Part shown: positions 46,160 through 54,684 of the stretch, one piece after another | Layout: each line of letters opens with the position of its first letter | Numbering within the stretch: position 1 is the stretch's first letter | Source: Planctomycetota bacterium | GTDB taxonomy: Bacteria; Planctomycetota; GCA-002687715 | Assembly: GCA_002683135.1 (NCBI GenBank) | Contig: NYSS01000182.1 | Coordinates: 14,005 to 78,004, forward strand | DNA: 64,000 bases | Direction of reading: 5' to 3' | Position numbers and translations under genes: made by a program | The notes under the pieces: generated by a model | Databases searched by the model: none | What the model saw: only the letters and a program-made list of their open reading frames with translations | What the model was told of the DNA's origin: nothing

Positions 46160-46198
46160 CGTTTTTCCTGCCCCAGACAGTCGAGGCGCACTATATTA
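46160..46198 (-). promoter_or_regulatory. PK leader only (minus strand)
   Basis: PK S1 46190-46192/46179-46181 (AGU:ACU); S2 GAGGC 46183-46187/GCCCC 46170-46174. ATATTA 46193-46198 may be a -10. Confidence 0.65.
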
Positions 46199-46213
46199 TT
46201 TTGAAAAAAGTTA

Positions 46214-46230
46214 CCTTGGTATTACCAAGG
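46214..46230 (-). terminator. 17-bp palindrome CCTTGGTA-T-TACCAAGG + U-run (terminator/attenuator)
   Basis: Overlaps the stop codon of 46222..46371. On the minus strand it is followed by TAACTTTTTTC. Confidence 0.5.
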
Positions 46231-46371
46231 AAGTTGCTCCCAATGAAGGGTATCACCATCAATCGAGATTAATTTAATACGGATTTTTCGGTAGTTGATA
46301 GTTTCACCAACAACGGGTTGTGTTCCCCATGTTTGAATATACGAAGAGCGTTGCTGAGTTCTTTTAAACAT
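46222..46371 (-). CDS. small hypothetical protein (49 aa), absent from ORF track
   Basis: ATG 46371 lies 11 nt after the PK leader of an A-module. Confidence 0.55.
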   Translation of the reverse strand: MFKRTQQRSSYIQTWGTQPVVGETINYRKIRIKLISIDGDTLHWEQLPW

Positions 46372-46450
46372 AATTAACTCCAACCCCTGAATGGTGACCG
46401 AGGTGCATCGTTGATGTGCTTATAATAATTTACGTGCGCACGAAAAGCAA
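46372..46450 (-). promoter_or_regulatory. class-A promoter/operator + PK leader (minus strand)
   Basis: AAGCAA 46445-46450 (= TTGCTT), GTGCGCAC 46434-46441. S2 GAGGT 46400-46404/ACCCC 46383-46387. Confidence 0.8.
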
Positions 46451-46512
46451 TTTTTATTTATTCTTTTTTTGCTATGTAGTGAATTAATTCGATAATTCCG
46501 TTCTCTAATGAT

Positions 46513-46559
46513 TTGTTGTGCACAACAATGATGTATTATGCATAGCAAAGGAGGTAAGC
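46513..46559 (+). promoter_or_regulatory. variant operator TTGTTGTGCACAACAA + promoter + canonical SD (no PK)
   Basis: Perfect 16-bp palindrome 46513-46528 (core GTGCAC versus GTGCGCAC); TATTAT 46534-46539. CATAGCAAAG matches the 5' leader of A-modules, then AAGGAGG and ATG 46560. Confidence 0.5.
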
Positions 46560-47978
46560 ATGACAACATTTACGCAGATTCAAACCGATCTCATTCAAGA
46601 TATTCAGAACCCATTTGAGCTGGAAGTAGAACAAGCACTTAGCGGCGATTGCATTATTGGAAAAATGCTTTTTGTTGATAAAGGGACTATATCTTCTCTT
46701 GCTGGCAACTTTCATATAAGTCATCAATACCTCTGTATCGGTAAAGATGATAACAATGAACCGGTGCTACTATCGATATCTGAAGATCACGATAATGTCG
46801 AGCTTGTCAGTCTATCTAAAGCATTGGAAGGCGCGGTCACTGTAAATTCTGTTGCCATACATGCAGGCCATAAAGATCCAAACGTTCAAAATGCAATCCG
46901 GCAAAAAGGCAAAGAAGTTGCTGATAAGTATGTTGGTACCACTGCAGCCCATTATCGAATGAGTGAAGAGAAATACATAAAAGGCTTTGCTATTTCTGTT
47001 GGTGTTGCAGCATTAACCTATCTTGGTCACACAGTAGGCATGCCTGAAAATAGTGAAATGTTTAATTTCATCAAAGATACACTTGTGTACCCCAAAATAG
47101 CGCTGCAGGCTGCTGGTGCAATGTATCTACTGAATTTTGGCACTAATTTAGCTAAGTTTGGAGTAACATCAACCGCAAGCTATATTTCTCACTGGCTTGC
47201 TGACCACCAAGGTCTTTCTAAACTAGCTACATCATTATTAAAAAAGGTATCTACACCAGGTTTAAAGAGCACCCTTGAAAAAATGAAAGATTATTGGGGT
47301 ATAGGTAAACCTGCAACGTCACTAAAAGAACACCTCTATACGGATAAGTTCCACAATATCAAATCCCGGATCACGATGGGAGATGCTGTTTTGCAAATCC
47401 TTGAGACTGTTAATCCAATAACAGCACGAGAACTGAAAACTTACACAGAAAAAAATAGCATCCGTAACTTATCACCGGCCGCGTTAATGCAGTTCTTTAA
47501 ACATTCTGAACATGTCGGTGATTTAAAGACATTTGAAAAACGCGATAGTATGTGGGTTAACGCTACAAGGGCTATTGGTGATGTAGTTTCCGTTGTCGGT
47601 AATGCCAGTTACCAGATAAATAATTCACGGTTATCGCCATCCACGCTAGTAATGGGATTCAAAGGATTAGTTAAAAGAAAAACAGAGAAACATGCTAAAT
47701 TCACAAACCAAAATCTTATGTTTTGGAATAAAGAAAATACATTATCCATCGTTGTGAATGATAATGATGGCAGTCCGTTTGTTCAGATATTAGATAGCAA
47801 AAACGGAGAGCTAAAAAGAGTACTGGACACCGAAGAAACTAAAAGAGTCTTTGATCTCGTTGATCTCGAATCGATACCCGCGGTAACCAGAAAATTAAAA
47901 GCCGCAAAGATTATTCGTGAAGACCAAGAAGTAAATGTGGAGTTAGATCAATGGGAAAACCCATTACCTAGACCTTAA
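46560..47978 (+). CDS. large hypothetical membrane-associated protein (472 aa)
   Basis: ATG 46560 with a strong AAGGAGG RBS (track GTG 46518 lies in the operator); hydrophobic segments in the middle of the protein. Confidence 0.6.
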   Translation: MTTFTQIQTDLIQDIQNPFELEVEQALSGDCIIGKMLFVDKGTISSLAGNFHISHQYLCIGKDDNNEPVLLSISEDHDNVELVSLSKALEGAVTVNSVAIHAGHKDPNVQNAIRQKGKEVADKYVGTTAAHYRMSEEKYIKGFAISVGVAALTYLGHTVGMPENSEMFNFIKDTLVYPKIALQAAGAMYLLNFGTNLAKFGVTSTASYISHWLADHQGLSKLATSLLKKVSTPGLKSTLEKMKDYWGIGKPATSLKEHLYTDKFHNIKSRITMGDAVLQILETVNPITARELKTYTEKNSIRNLSPAALMQFFKHSEHVGDLKTFEKRDSMWVNATRAIGDVVSVVGNASYQINNSRLSPSTLVMGFKGLVKRKTEKHAKFTNQNLMFWNKENTLSIVVNDNDGSPFVQILDSKNGELKRVLDTEETKRVFDLVDLESIPAVTRKLKAAKIIREDQEVNVELDQWENPLPRP

Positions 47979-48241
47979 CATTTAGAGCATACAAGTAAGT
48001 GGACTCCTACTTCATATAGAACATTACTACACCAAGTCGTCTTGAATATGTATCTCAGTATTTTAAACGATGCGTATTTTAGACGACTTCTTTATTTGAC
48101 GAAGTATTACAACGTATTACCTGGGTAGTTTTTGGTGTAGTGCCCGGTACCGGCTGCAAGTATAAAAATAACAATAACACCAAGAGTCGCTAAAATTAAT
48201 CGCTTTCTCTTACCCCTTTCATTAATGTTGTAATCAATCCA

Positions 48242-48703
48242 TTAGTTAACTTTTTTATGTTGAGTCCATGCTTTCAATTCAATGATGTTCGGGACGCTTT
48301 TGCAGTGCATTTCTTCCATAGTTGAGTATAAATCGAGTAGATTTAAAGACTGATATTTAAAGTATTTCCCTTTGGGCAATTCAGATATAAAATCAAAATA
48401 AACCCCGTCGTACTCAAACCAGCAATGTTCGACAATTTGTTCAGGTTTATCTATGATCTGATGCAGCCCTATACACAGTTTAAGTTCCGGTTCCTCATTG
48501 ATATTTTTAAGCAGTGTATTTACGACATTATCATAACATTTATTAGCCTGGTACTTGGCCGTATCAAATGAACTCTGCTCGACATCTATTACGGTGATCG
48601 GCGTAAATAAATTTACTGGCAACGATGTCATTACCGGCGCATTAAGTTGCTTTAAAACAAACTGAAAAGTAAACACATCCATTTTTTTGTCTGTAGTAGC
48701 CAT
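48242..48703 (-). CDS. hypothetical protein (153 aa) with Cys...His-x-Trp...Asp pattern
   Basis: ATG lies 12 nt after the PK; NKCYDNVV...VEHCWFEYDGVYFDF. Confidence 0.65.
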   Translation of the reverse strand: MATTDKKMDVFTFQFVLKQLNAPVMTSLPVNLFTPITVIDVEQSSFDTAKYQANKCYDNVVNTLLKNINEEPELKLCIGLHQIIDKPEQIVEHCWFEYDGVYFDFISELPKGKYFKYQSLNLLDLYSTMEEMHCKSVPNIIELKAWTQHKKVN

Positions 48704-48786
48704 ATGTTTTATCCAACCCCTGATAGTGTGACCGAGGTGCGTCGTAGGTATGTACTAACATTATTATTTGTGCGCACAAATATCAA
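48704..48786 (-). promoter_or_regulatory. class-A promoter/operator + PK leader (minus strand)
   Basis: TATCAA 48781-48786 (= TTGATA), GTGCGCAC 48770-48777. S2 GAGGT 48734-48738/ACCCC 48716-48720. Confidence 0.8.
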
Positions 48787-48872
48787 GAGGAGAATCATTC
48801 TTTTTTTGTCCATCACAAAAAAAAGTAGCGATTTAACGCTACTTTTAACACATGACAAGCATGGTGATTGTC

Positions 48873-49346
48873 CTATTCTTTTGTCTTAAGCGCTAACCTA
48901 TCAAGTGCTTGCCAAGTATCTATTTGAACCTCGCCAAGATTAGCATGATCAAACACAGCGGATTCGATAGCTTGTCGCATTACCTCTTTTTCCTTTGATA
49001 GTTCCGTTACCTTTTCCTGTAAGTCTTCAATTTTAAAGGCCATGGAAAGGATAAGGTTGTCACCTGTCAAATCTCGCCACTGCTCACCATGACGTAATGC
49101 TATGTGCTTATTTTGATCAAAGATATAGGTGTACTTACCGTTATCTAATTCAATCCTTAAACTATTTCCTTTAACTGAAACCTCGTTGGATGAGGACACC
49201 GGGGCTTCGCAAAGTTTCTCAAAATCACGCATTGAACAGTTGTTTTGCATAGCGCGTTTATAAGCGCTGTGTGCATCCTCTGGGCTATCAAAACAATCCA
49301 TCATAGACTTGGCTAACTTCACGGCTTTCGATTCTTGCATTGTCAT
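48873..49346 (-). CDS. hypothetical protein (157 aa)
   Basis: Track ORF. Confidence 0.55.
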   Translation of the reverse strand: MTMQESKAVKLAKSMMDCFDSPEDAHSAYKRAMQNNCSMRDFEKLCEAPVSSSNEVSVKGNSLRIELDNGKYTYIFDQNKHIALRHGEQWRDLTGDNLILSMAFKIEDLQEKVTELSKEKEVMRQAIESAVFDHANLGEVQIDTWQALDRLALKTKE

Positions 49347-49353
49347 GTACTCC

Positions 49354-49752
49354 TTATGCGCGTTGATATTCGACGTAAATCATGAAACTTCCGTTATCCA
49401 ACGGGGTAGGCAATACACCATAACCAGATACAATACAACCGTTTAATAACTTGTATTCACCATTAACAAGTGACTGATAGGTTTTGCTTTGCATAGCTCT
49501 TGATTCACTACTAAAGCCTTTACCGGATGATGCTACATGTATTTGTGACACTTTATTGCAAACGTTTAATACGTTATACATTTCACGCATAAGCCATTGC
49601 GATGCCACCTGCTTGGGGTTTTTATAGCCGCGGCCAACAATACTGCTTGGTTTTGTCTGACCATTCATCATGCGGTCATAATCGTCTTTAAACGCAATGA
49701 ACTTTGGATCGTCTTTGGTAATGATTGATTGCTTAACTGTTTGCATTGTCAT
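49354..49752 (-). CDS. hypothetical protein (132 aa)
   Basis: Start moved from track 49788 (inside the leader) to ATG 49752, 11 nt after the PK. Confidence 0.65.
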   Translation of the reverse strand: MTMQTVKQSIITKDDPKFIAFKDDYDRMMNGQTKPSSIVGRGYKNPKQVASQWLMREMYNVLNVCNKVSQIHVASSGKGFSSESRAMQSKTYQSLVNGEYKLLNGCIVSGYGVLPTPLDNGSFMIYVEYQRA

Positions 49753-49852
49753 GAAAATATCCAACCCCTGAAAATGGTCGAGGTGCACCGTGTTTGTTTA
49801 TTCGTTGTATCCAACTTAATAGTAATTATACATACCTATTAGATATGGTCAA
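49753..49852 (-). promoter_or_regulatory. class-B promoter + PK leader (minus strand)
   Basis: Minus-strand reading: TTGACC-N16 (ATATCTAATAGGTATG)-TATAAT (plus 49847-49852, 49831-49846, 49825-49830). PK S1 49787-49789/49776-49778 (GGU:ACC); S2 GAGGT 49780-49784/ACCCC 49764-49768. Confidence 0.7.
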
Positions 49853-49970
49853 GGATTTTAATAATAGTTTTTGTGTTTCTTAAAAAGTATCACATATGCA
49901 TAAGATAACAGTTGCATTTCCCTATTTTCACTTTTACTGTAACACTCACATTCACATTGTGAGTATAAAA

Positions 49971-50276
49971 ATGAGCAAGCGTACATACAGATTTTTTAAC
50001 AATTGCGTCAGCTGGGATTCTGCGGATGTGCACGTTGATGGTGGGCTTTGTAGCCTTATTGATGATAGAACCTCTATTGAACGTAGCACCTTTCTTCAAT
50101 ACGTTGACCATGATGAACTTCAAGAAATTGAATTAAGCTTAGGTTATAGCAAACACTACAAGCAAGGCTTGACGATGGCAGGGGATAACCATGTTGAATA
50201 CTTCCGCTCAAAACATCACGGGGAACGTGTATATGGATTTAGACATTCCGCAATAGAATTCGTGTTTGTGGCGTAA
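49971..50276 (+). CDS. hypothetical protein (101 aa)
   Basis: ATG 49971 is preferred over track 49896; inverted repeat CTCACA-N7-TGTGAG lies just upstream. Confidence 0.5.
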   Translation: MSKRTYRFFNNCVSWDSADVHVDGGLCSLIDDRTSIERSTFLQYVDHDELQEIELSLGYSKHYKQGLTMAGDNHVEYFRSKHHGERVYGFRHSAIEFVFVA

Positions 50277-50280
50277 AAAT

Positions 50281-51048
50281 ATGAAAGTATTTACAACCAG
50301 CATAAACGATTTAAATGCAGATCTATCTCTATCGCCACATGACTATGTGAAATTACATGAAGAGTCGCGAGTAGCGTATTGGCGAAGACTTGAAAGATTG
50401 TACCGATGCGATCACTTACCTCATCTTATTTGCGAATATCTCGATATCACAAGTAAGCAATTTGTTGATGATCTGAAAGCGTTGTATGACAAAGGGATTG
50501 TATTAAGTAACGATACCCGTAAAGAGCGTGATTTTGAGTCTAGGACGCCACCTTCAAAACTCAGTAAAGTTGAGTATCAACGACTTATTGATGATGAGAC
50601 CTTCTATTCATCTAAAGGAATATCAATAATTGATACATGTAGGTTGATGATGATTACATTGTCACGGTGGAAACATCTTGAGAATGCGAAGCCCAGGCCT
50701 AAGCCGATTGATACTGCAGCCAGAAATAAAGCAATTGTTGAAATTTTCTCAAATACTGAAAATAAGCGGGGCCTCAAATCCAGAATTGCATCATCGTTCG
50801 GTATATCAAGGAAGATGATTGATCTGATATTGGAAGACAATGGCATTAATTCAACAGTAGGCGCCAGAAAGCAACGCGTGCACGTTCCGACAAGTAAGAA
50901 GCAGTCAATTATTGATTGCTATGATGAGAACATAAAAAATGGTACCCCGGAGTCCAAAATCGTTGGAAATATCGCCCGGACATTAGAGTGCACAACAGGT
51001 TACGTATACAAAGTCCTTAAAGAAAATGACAAAAAAAAGCCCACATAA
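50281..51048 (+). CDS. hypothetical protein with HTH-like segments (255 aa)
   Basis: ATG 50281. IASSFGISRKMIDLILEDNG and IARTLECTTGYVYKVLKEN resemble resolvase-type HTH motifs. Weak call. Confidence 0.45.
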   Translation: MKVFTTSINDLNADLSLSPHDYVKLHEESRVAYWRRLERLYRCDHLPHLICEYLDITSKQFVDDLKALYDKGIVLSNDTRKERDFESRTPPSKLSKVEYQRLIDDETFYSSKGISIIDTCRLMMITLSRWKHLENAKPRPKPIDTAARNKAIVEIFSNTENKRGLKSRIASSFGISRKMIDLILEDNGINSTVGARKQRVHVPTSKKQSIIDCYDENIKNGTPESKIVGNIARTLECTTGYVYKVLKENDKKKPT

Positions 51049-51245
51049 AATGTGGGCCGCAAGTAGGCCTCTCAACCCAGTTAGCAGGTTAGTACCTTGT
51101 AGCTACCTAAGCTTAGACAAGTTTTTGGCAAACACAATGGATTATTCATAAAATAGATGTAATATGCAAAATATACCGTCCTCTTGTGCTATTTTCACCT
51201 TTACCAACTAGGTTTATTTTTCTAACAACTATCTTAGGAGCTCTT

Positions 51246-51629
51246 ATGAAAAACACACTTATTACTCTGAAATATGTTGATGAGAGTAACTACAAAGAAT
51301 CTATTAATTACGTTTTAAAAGGCGAAATTACAGATGAACAACTCAATGAAATTGCCGAACACCTAGAAGATGGTGAGTGCATTATTGCGGAAGAAATTGG
51401 TTTACCAACACCAGCGTTACAATTTGCTGAAAAGTATGATTTCCCAACAGAAGATGATCATGTTTTTACAACAATACAAGAATTCCAATCTGGCATTCCT
51501 AGCGCTGAAAGTCTTCACACAGACTTAACCCCAACAGATCCGAACTATACCGTTGATGATTTTTACACGCGTATTATTGAATCAAACGGTTGGGATATTA
51601 CAAGGGAATATGAACGATTAGGGATGTAA
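51246..51629 (+). CDS. acidic hypothetical protein (127 aa)
   Basis: ATG 51246 with AGGAG RBS is preferred over the track GTG at 51186. Confidence 0.55.
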   Translation: MKNTLITLKYVDESNYKESINYVLKGEITDEQLNEIAEHLEDGECIIAEEIGLPTPALQFAEKYDFPTEDDHVFTTIQEFQSGIPSAESLHTDLTPTDPNYTVDDFYTRIIESNGWDITREYERLGM

Positions 51630-51637
51630 ACAAATGC

Positions 51638-51717
51638 TTGACAACTGTGCGCACGGAATATATTATCTTTAAAAGACTTTGATGCACCTCGGTCACCACT
51701 CAGGGGTAGGAAAAACC
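51638..51717 (+). promoter_or_regulatory. class-A promoter/operator + PK leader
   Basis: TTGACA 51638-51643, GTGCGCAC 51647-51654, TATTAT 51661-51666. S2 ACCTC 51686-51690/GGGGT 51703-51707. Confidence 0.8.
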
Positions 51718-52257
51718 ATGACAACCACCATCAAAACTAAAACTGAAATCAGACAAATCATCGATCTGGTATTACACGATGATGCGAACAAAAATTCAAA
51801 CTGGTCAGAAATGCTTGCTAGTGCCTTCATCGCAAAACAGCATCGTTTATTATCTGAATACCTTTCTCATGGAAAAGGTTTCAACGATGGTTCAAAAAAG
51901 GCTTTTTGCCAGCTTCTTAACACCGACACTGTTTTAACGAAGAAAGGGATAGACATCCTTATAGCTCAGCATTGTCAAATCGAACTTGAACAGCTTCTCA
52001 ACGAAAGAAAACAGGAAGAAATCGAGTTCACATTGAGTCATGTAAAAGAAAAAGTTCTTGATAAGTTTGAAAATGGTATTGAAGCAATGGCATGGGTTGA
52101 CTCGCTTGTTGAAAAAGGATTCAACAAAATAGTCAAGCAGAACAAAAAGAGTTATTTAGTTAACGATGAAGGTAATGGATATAACCTTAAAAGAGCACTC
52201 GTTAGAGAATACGCAGAAGCCTTGCTTGCTTTCTCTAATATAAAAAAAGCAGCGTAA
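51718..52257 (+). CDS. hypothetical protein (179 aa)
   Basis: Start moved from track 51679 to ATG 51718, 10 nt after the PK. Confidence 0.65.
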   Translation: MTTTIKTKTEIRQIIDLVLHDDANKNSNWSEMLASAFIAKQHRLLSEYLSHGKGFNDGSKKAFCQLLNTDTVLTKKGIDILIAQHCQIELEQLLNERKQEEIEFTLSHVKEKVLDKFENGIEAMAWVDSLVEKGFNKIVKQNKKSYLVNDEGNGYNLKRALVREYAEALLAFSNIKKAA

Positions 52258-52336
52258 TGCATGATATCAAAGTCGGTGATATTTTTATTACAGACGACTG
52301 TAGTAATTAATATCTGGTAACTATTTTAATTATTAA

Positions 52337-52373
52337 GATGCGCCTCGATCACTTCTCAGGGGCAGGAATAAAG
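52337..52373 (+). promoter_or_regulatory. PK leader only
   Basis: PK S1 GAT 52337-52339/ATC 52348-52350; S2 GCCTC 52342-52346/GGGGC 52359-52363. 10 nt to ATG 52374. Confidence 0.65.
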
Positions 52374-53041
52374 ATGAATAACACTGCACTTTCATTACCA
52401 TCGCATAGCAAACTACCCGCTCGCTTTGCAAATATGCTATCGACCCCATCAGATTCAAAAGTTGAACAATTGTGGTGGCAGTTCAGAGGTCAAGAAGAGT
52501 CTCTGAACAAGACCCACGAGATGATAAATAGCCCCAGCACCAAACTATCCATTTCTCTATTGCTCAGAAGTTCACTAAAAGATCTCAATGAGCCAATTAA
52601 TTGTTCATTATTTGGGTCGTCGTTAGAAAATGCGAAAAAATTCTTCAACAGCAGTATTGGGAGAAGGCTATAGATTTAACTGATGTTAAATTTCACATGC
52701 CTAATAACAGACGTATTGAGTGGAGGGAAAACGTAAAAGCCTTTAATTTCCCTGATTTCACCCTAGAGAACCTTTTTTCTACGTTATCAACCTTACTGTT
52801 AGAGCGCGACAAATTCATAGCAGAGCGGGTGGAGGGCGTATTTAATGCGTTATCGAAGTCTCACGTTACTAATACCCCAGAAGGTTTCTATAAAAGGATG
52901 ATCATTAGTGATATTCATAGAGATGGTTTTCCTTGTTCGACACGTTGCGGTTACATCAACGATCTTCGAATTGTAGTCGGACGGTTCTTAGGACGTGAAA
53001 ATGATAATGTGGTGAGTTCCTATGATCTCTTAATCGTTTAA
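52374..53041 (+). pseudogene. N-terminal (DUF4942-like) part of a methyltransferase gene, interrupted by a frameshift
   Basis: Reading ...SSLENAKK switches to ILQQQYWEKAIDL... only if one A is added to run A6 52635-52640. Track ORFs 52338..52673 and 52601..53041 overlap by 73 nt. Confidence 0.5.
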
Positions 53042-54006
53042 TGCAGCACACTGGTCAATGGGTAGAGATTGATGGCGGTACTTTACGTATCCGTGTCTAC
53101 AAAAAAGGGACTGCGCATATTGAGGTACACCCCGATATCGCTTGGCAATTAAATGAGATCTTAGCCATGCTTTACCCGCGTGCTATTCCTTCTCAATTTA
53201 GAACCAAACAAAAGAAAAAAATAAAACACGTTAATTTGTCAAATACGTTGCTTAATCATGACGTTATTAACGAGCTAGGACAAATTCAACCCGCCTACGA
53301 AATGAAAGGCAAACCTGGTTTTAACCTATCCCGTGGTAACAAAATAGAAAATCGGGTAACACCTCGATATCCGTTTTCTATGGACAAACACTTGTTAGCC
53401 AAAGTAAGCGACGTTCTTATCGCCATCGGCGGGATAGCATTAGAAAACCATGAGTTTCAGTTTGACTATGATCCCATGCCTATCATAGAGCAAGTATACT
53501 TTGAAGGACGTATCCCAGATAAGTACAGCCATCAATTTTATCCAACACCGGCACCCTTAGCTAAGAGAATGGCCGATCTATTGGGCAATGTACAAGGTCT
53601 ATTACTAGAACCCGAAGCCGGGCAGGGCGCATTAGCAGAGTATTTAGGTAAAGATGCAACGCTGGTGGAAGTATCATCCTTGCATTGCGAAATTTTAAAG
53701 CAAAAAGGCTTTAAAAACGTCATATGTGATGACTTTATCAAATGGGCACATAAAACAGTTAAGACAAATACACGCTTTGCAGGGATTCTAATGAACCCGC
53801 CTTTTTCGGAGGGGCGTGCAGTTCATCATTTGGATGCTGCAATTTCTCTTCTTGCTGACAAAGGTAAGATAGTTGGATTGGTAACATTGCCTGTAGCGAA
53901 TAATTATTATGCAGAGGGAATGAGCAAACAAATCACACCGGTCGCACAAAAAGAATTTAAAGGTGTCAGTGTAGATCTGGCCATCATTGAACTAAGCAAA
54001 CTGTGA
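53041..54006 (+). CDS. SAM-dependent N6-adenine/N4-cytosine DNA methyltransferase module
   Basis: Motif I LLEPEAGQGALA, motif IV LMNPPF. ATG overlaps the previous stop (TAATG). Confidence 0.65.
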   Translation: MQHTGQWVEIDGGTLRIRVYKKGTAHIEVHPDIAWQLNEILAMLYPRAIPSQFRTKQKKKIKHVNLSNTLLNHDVINELGQIQPAYEMKGKPGFNLSRGNKIENRVTPRYPFSMDKHLLAKVSDVLIAIGGIALENHEFQFDYDPMPIIEQVYFEGRIPDKYSHQFYPTPAPLAKRMADLLGNVQGLLLEPEAGQGALAEYLGKDATLVEVSSLHCEILKQKGFKNVICDDFIKWAHKTVKTNTRFAGILMNPPFSEGRAVHHLDAAISLLADKGKIVGLVTLPVANNYYAEGMSKQITPVAQKEFKGVSVDLAIIELSKL

Positions 54007-54171
54007 GCATAGGGCTAATTTAAATATCATTTGTGGCCACGTAGAGAATAATACTTAATTTGCACGCTATTTTGGAGCAGGTATACTCACTATCAAACTA
54101 TGCGTAAATAGATGTATTTGTGCATAGTTAACAAATTAAATTGATATTTATGCATTGTTAATGGAGAAGAC

Positions 54172-54654
54172 ATGAAAAAATTTTTATTAGGTATTTCACT
54201 TTCACTAGCCGCTATGACTTGTGACGCTGGTGACCCTAAATTCATTGATTTTGTGGTTAAGCAAGCTCATCAAAAAAAATTCTATGGATGCGATGCAGCC
54301 ATCAAATCAGCGTTCGATCAGGCAACGGGTGATGATATCCGGGTAAATACCGATTGGTTCGAAGATACCCAGGATGATTTTTTAAAGCTTACTGCAACAT
54401 TTGGAAGCACTAATGATTCAGTTTTCATTGAGGCTGAATTTAGAAAGCACTCAGATAAATGCTATGTAACGAAAACATCAATTATTACCACACCTCAGTC
54501 TTGTACGGCATATGCCAGTGAAATGAAGGGTTTTGAATTTGAAGCTGAAACCTCGGACTATATTTGGATGAAAAGCAAGGGTGGGATTCCAATGTATCTA
54601 AAACCATTTAACGGCGGGTGTATCGCAACGTTCCAATTTGGTAATTATTACTAA
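54172..54654 (+). CDS. secreted/lipoprotein-like hypothetical protein (160 aa)
   Basis: Signal peptide MKKFLLGISLSLAAMTCDA. Confidence 0.55.
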   Translation: MKKFLLGISLSLAAMTCDAGDPKFIDFVVKQAHQKKFYGCDAAIKSAFDQATGDDIRVNTDWFEDTQDDFLKLTATFGSTNDSVFIEAEFRKHSDKCYVTKTSIITTPQSCTAYASEMKGFEFEAETSDYIWMKSKGGIPMYLKPFNGGCIATFQFGNYY

Positions 54655-54684
54655 GTTCTAAACCCATTAGATAAAGAGATCAAA

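Noticed and set aside
51037-51060. Hairpin GCCCACA-taaaa-TGTGGGC overlapping the stop of 50281..51048, considered as a terminator.
   Set aside because: No T-run follows on the plus strand. The A-run precedes it, so it would only terminate minus-strand transcription, and no gene lies there.
51679-51717. Recurrent N-terminal peptides such as MHLGHHSGVGKT, MRLGLSGAGKT, MTRLGHQGQV and MRLDHFSGAG in track ORFs (1913, 6885, 51679, 52338, also 6111 and 25794). They look like a shared leader peptide or a P-loop (GxxGVGKT).
   Set aside because: They are translations of the conserved RNA leader (GCACCTCGGTC...CAGGGGTAGGAAA). Most copies have GACGC, not ATG, at that position. The frame relative to the downstream ATG varies with loop length. 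The covariation pattern is nucleotide-level pairing, not codon-level.
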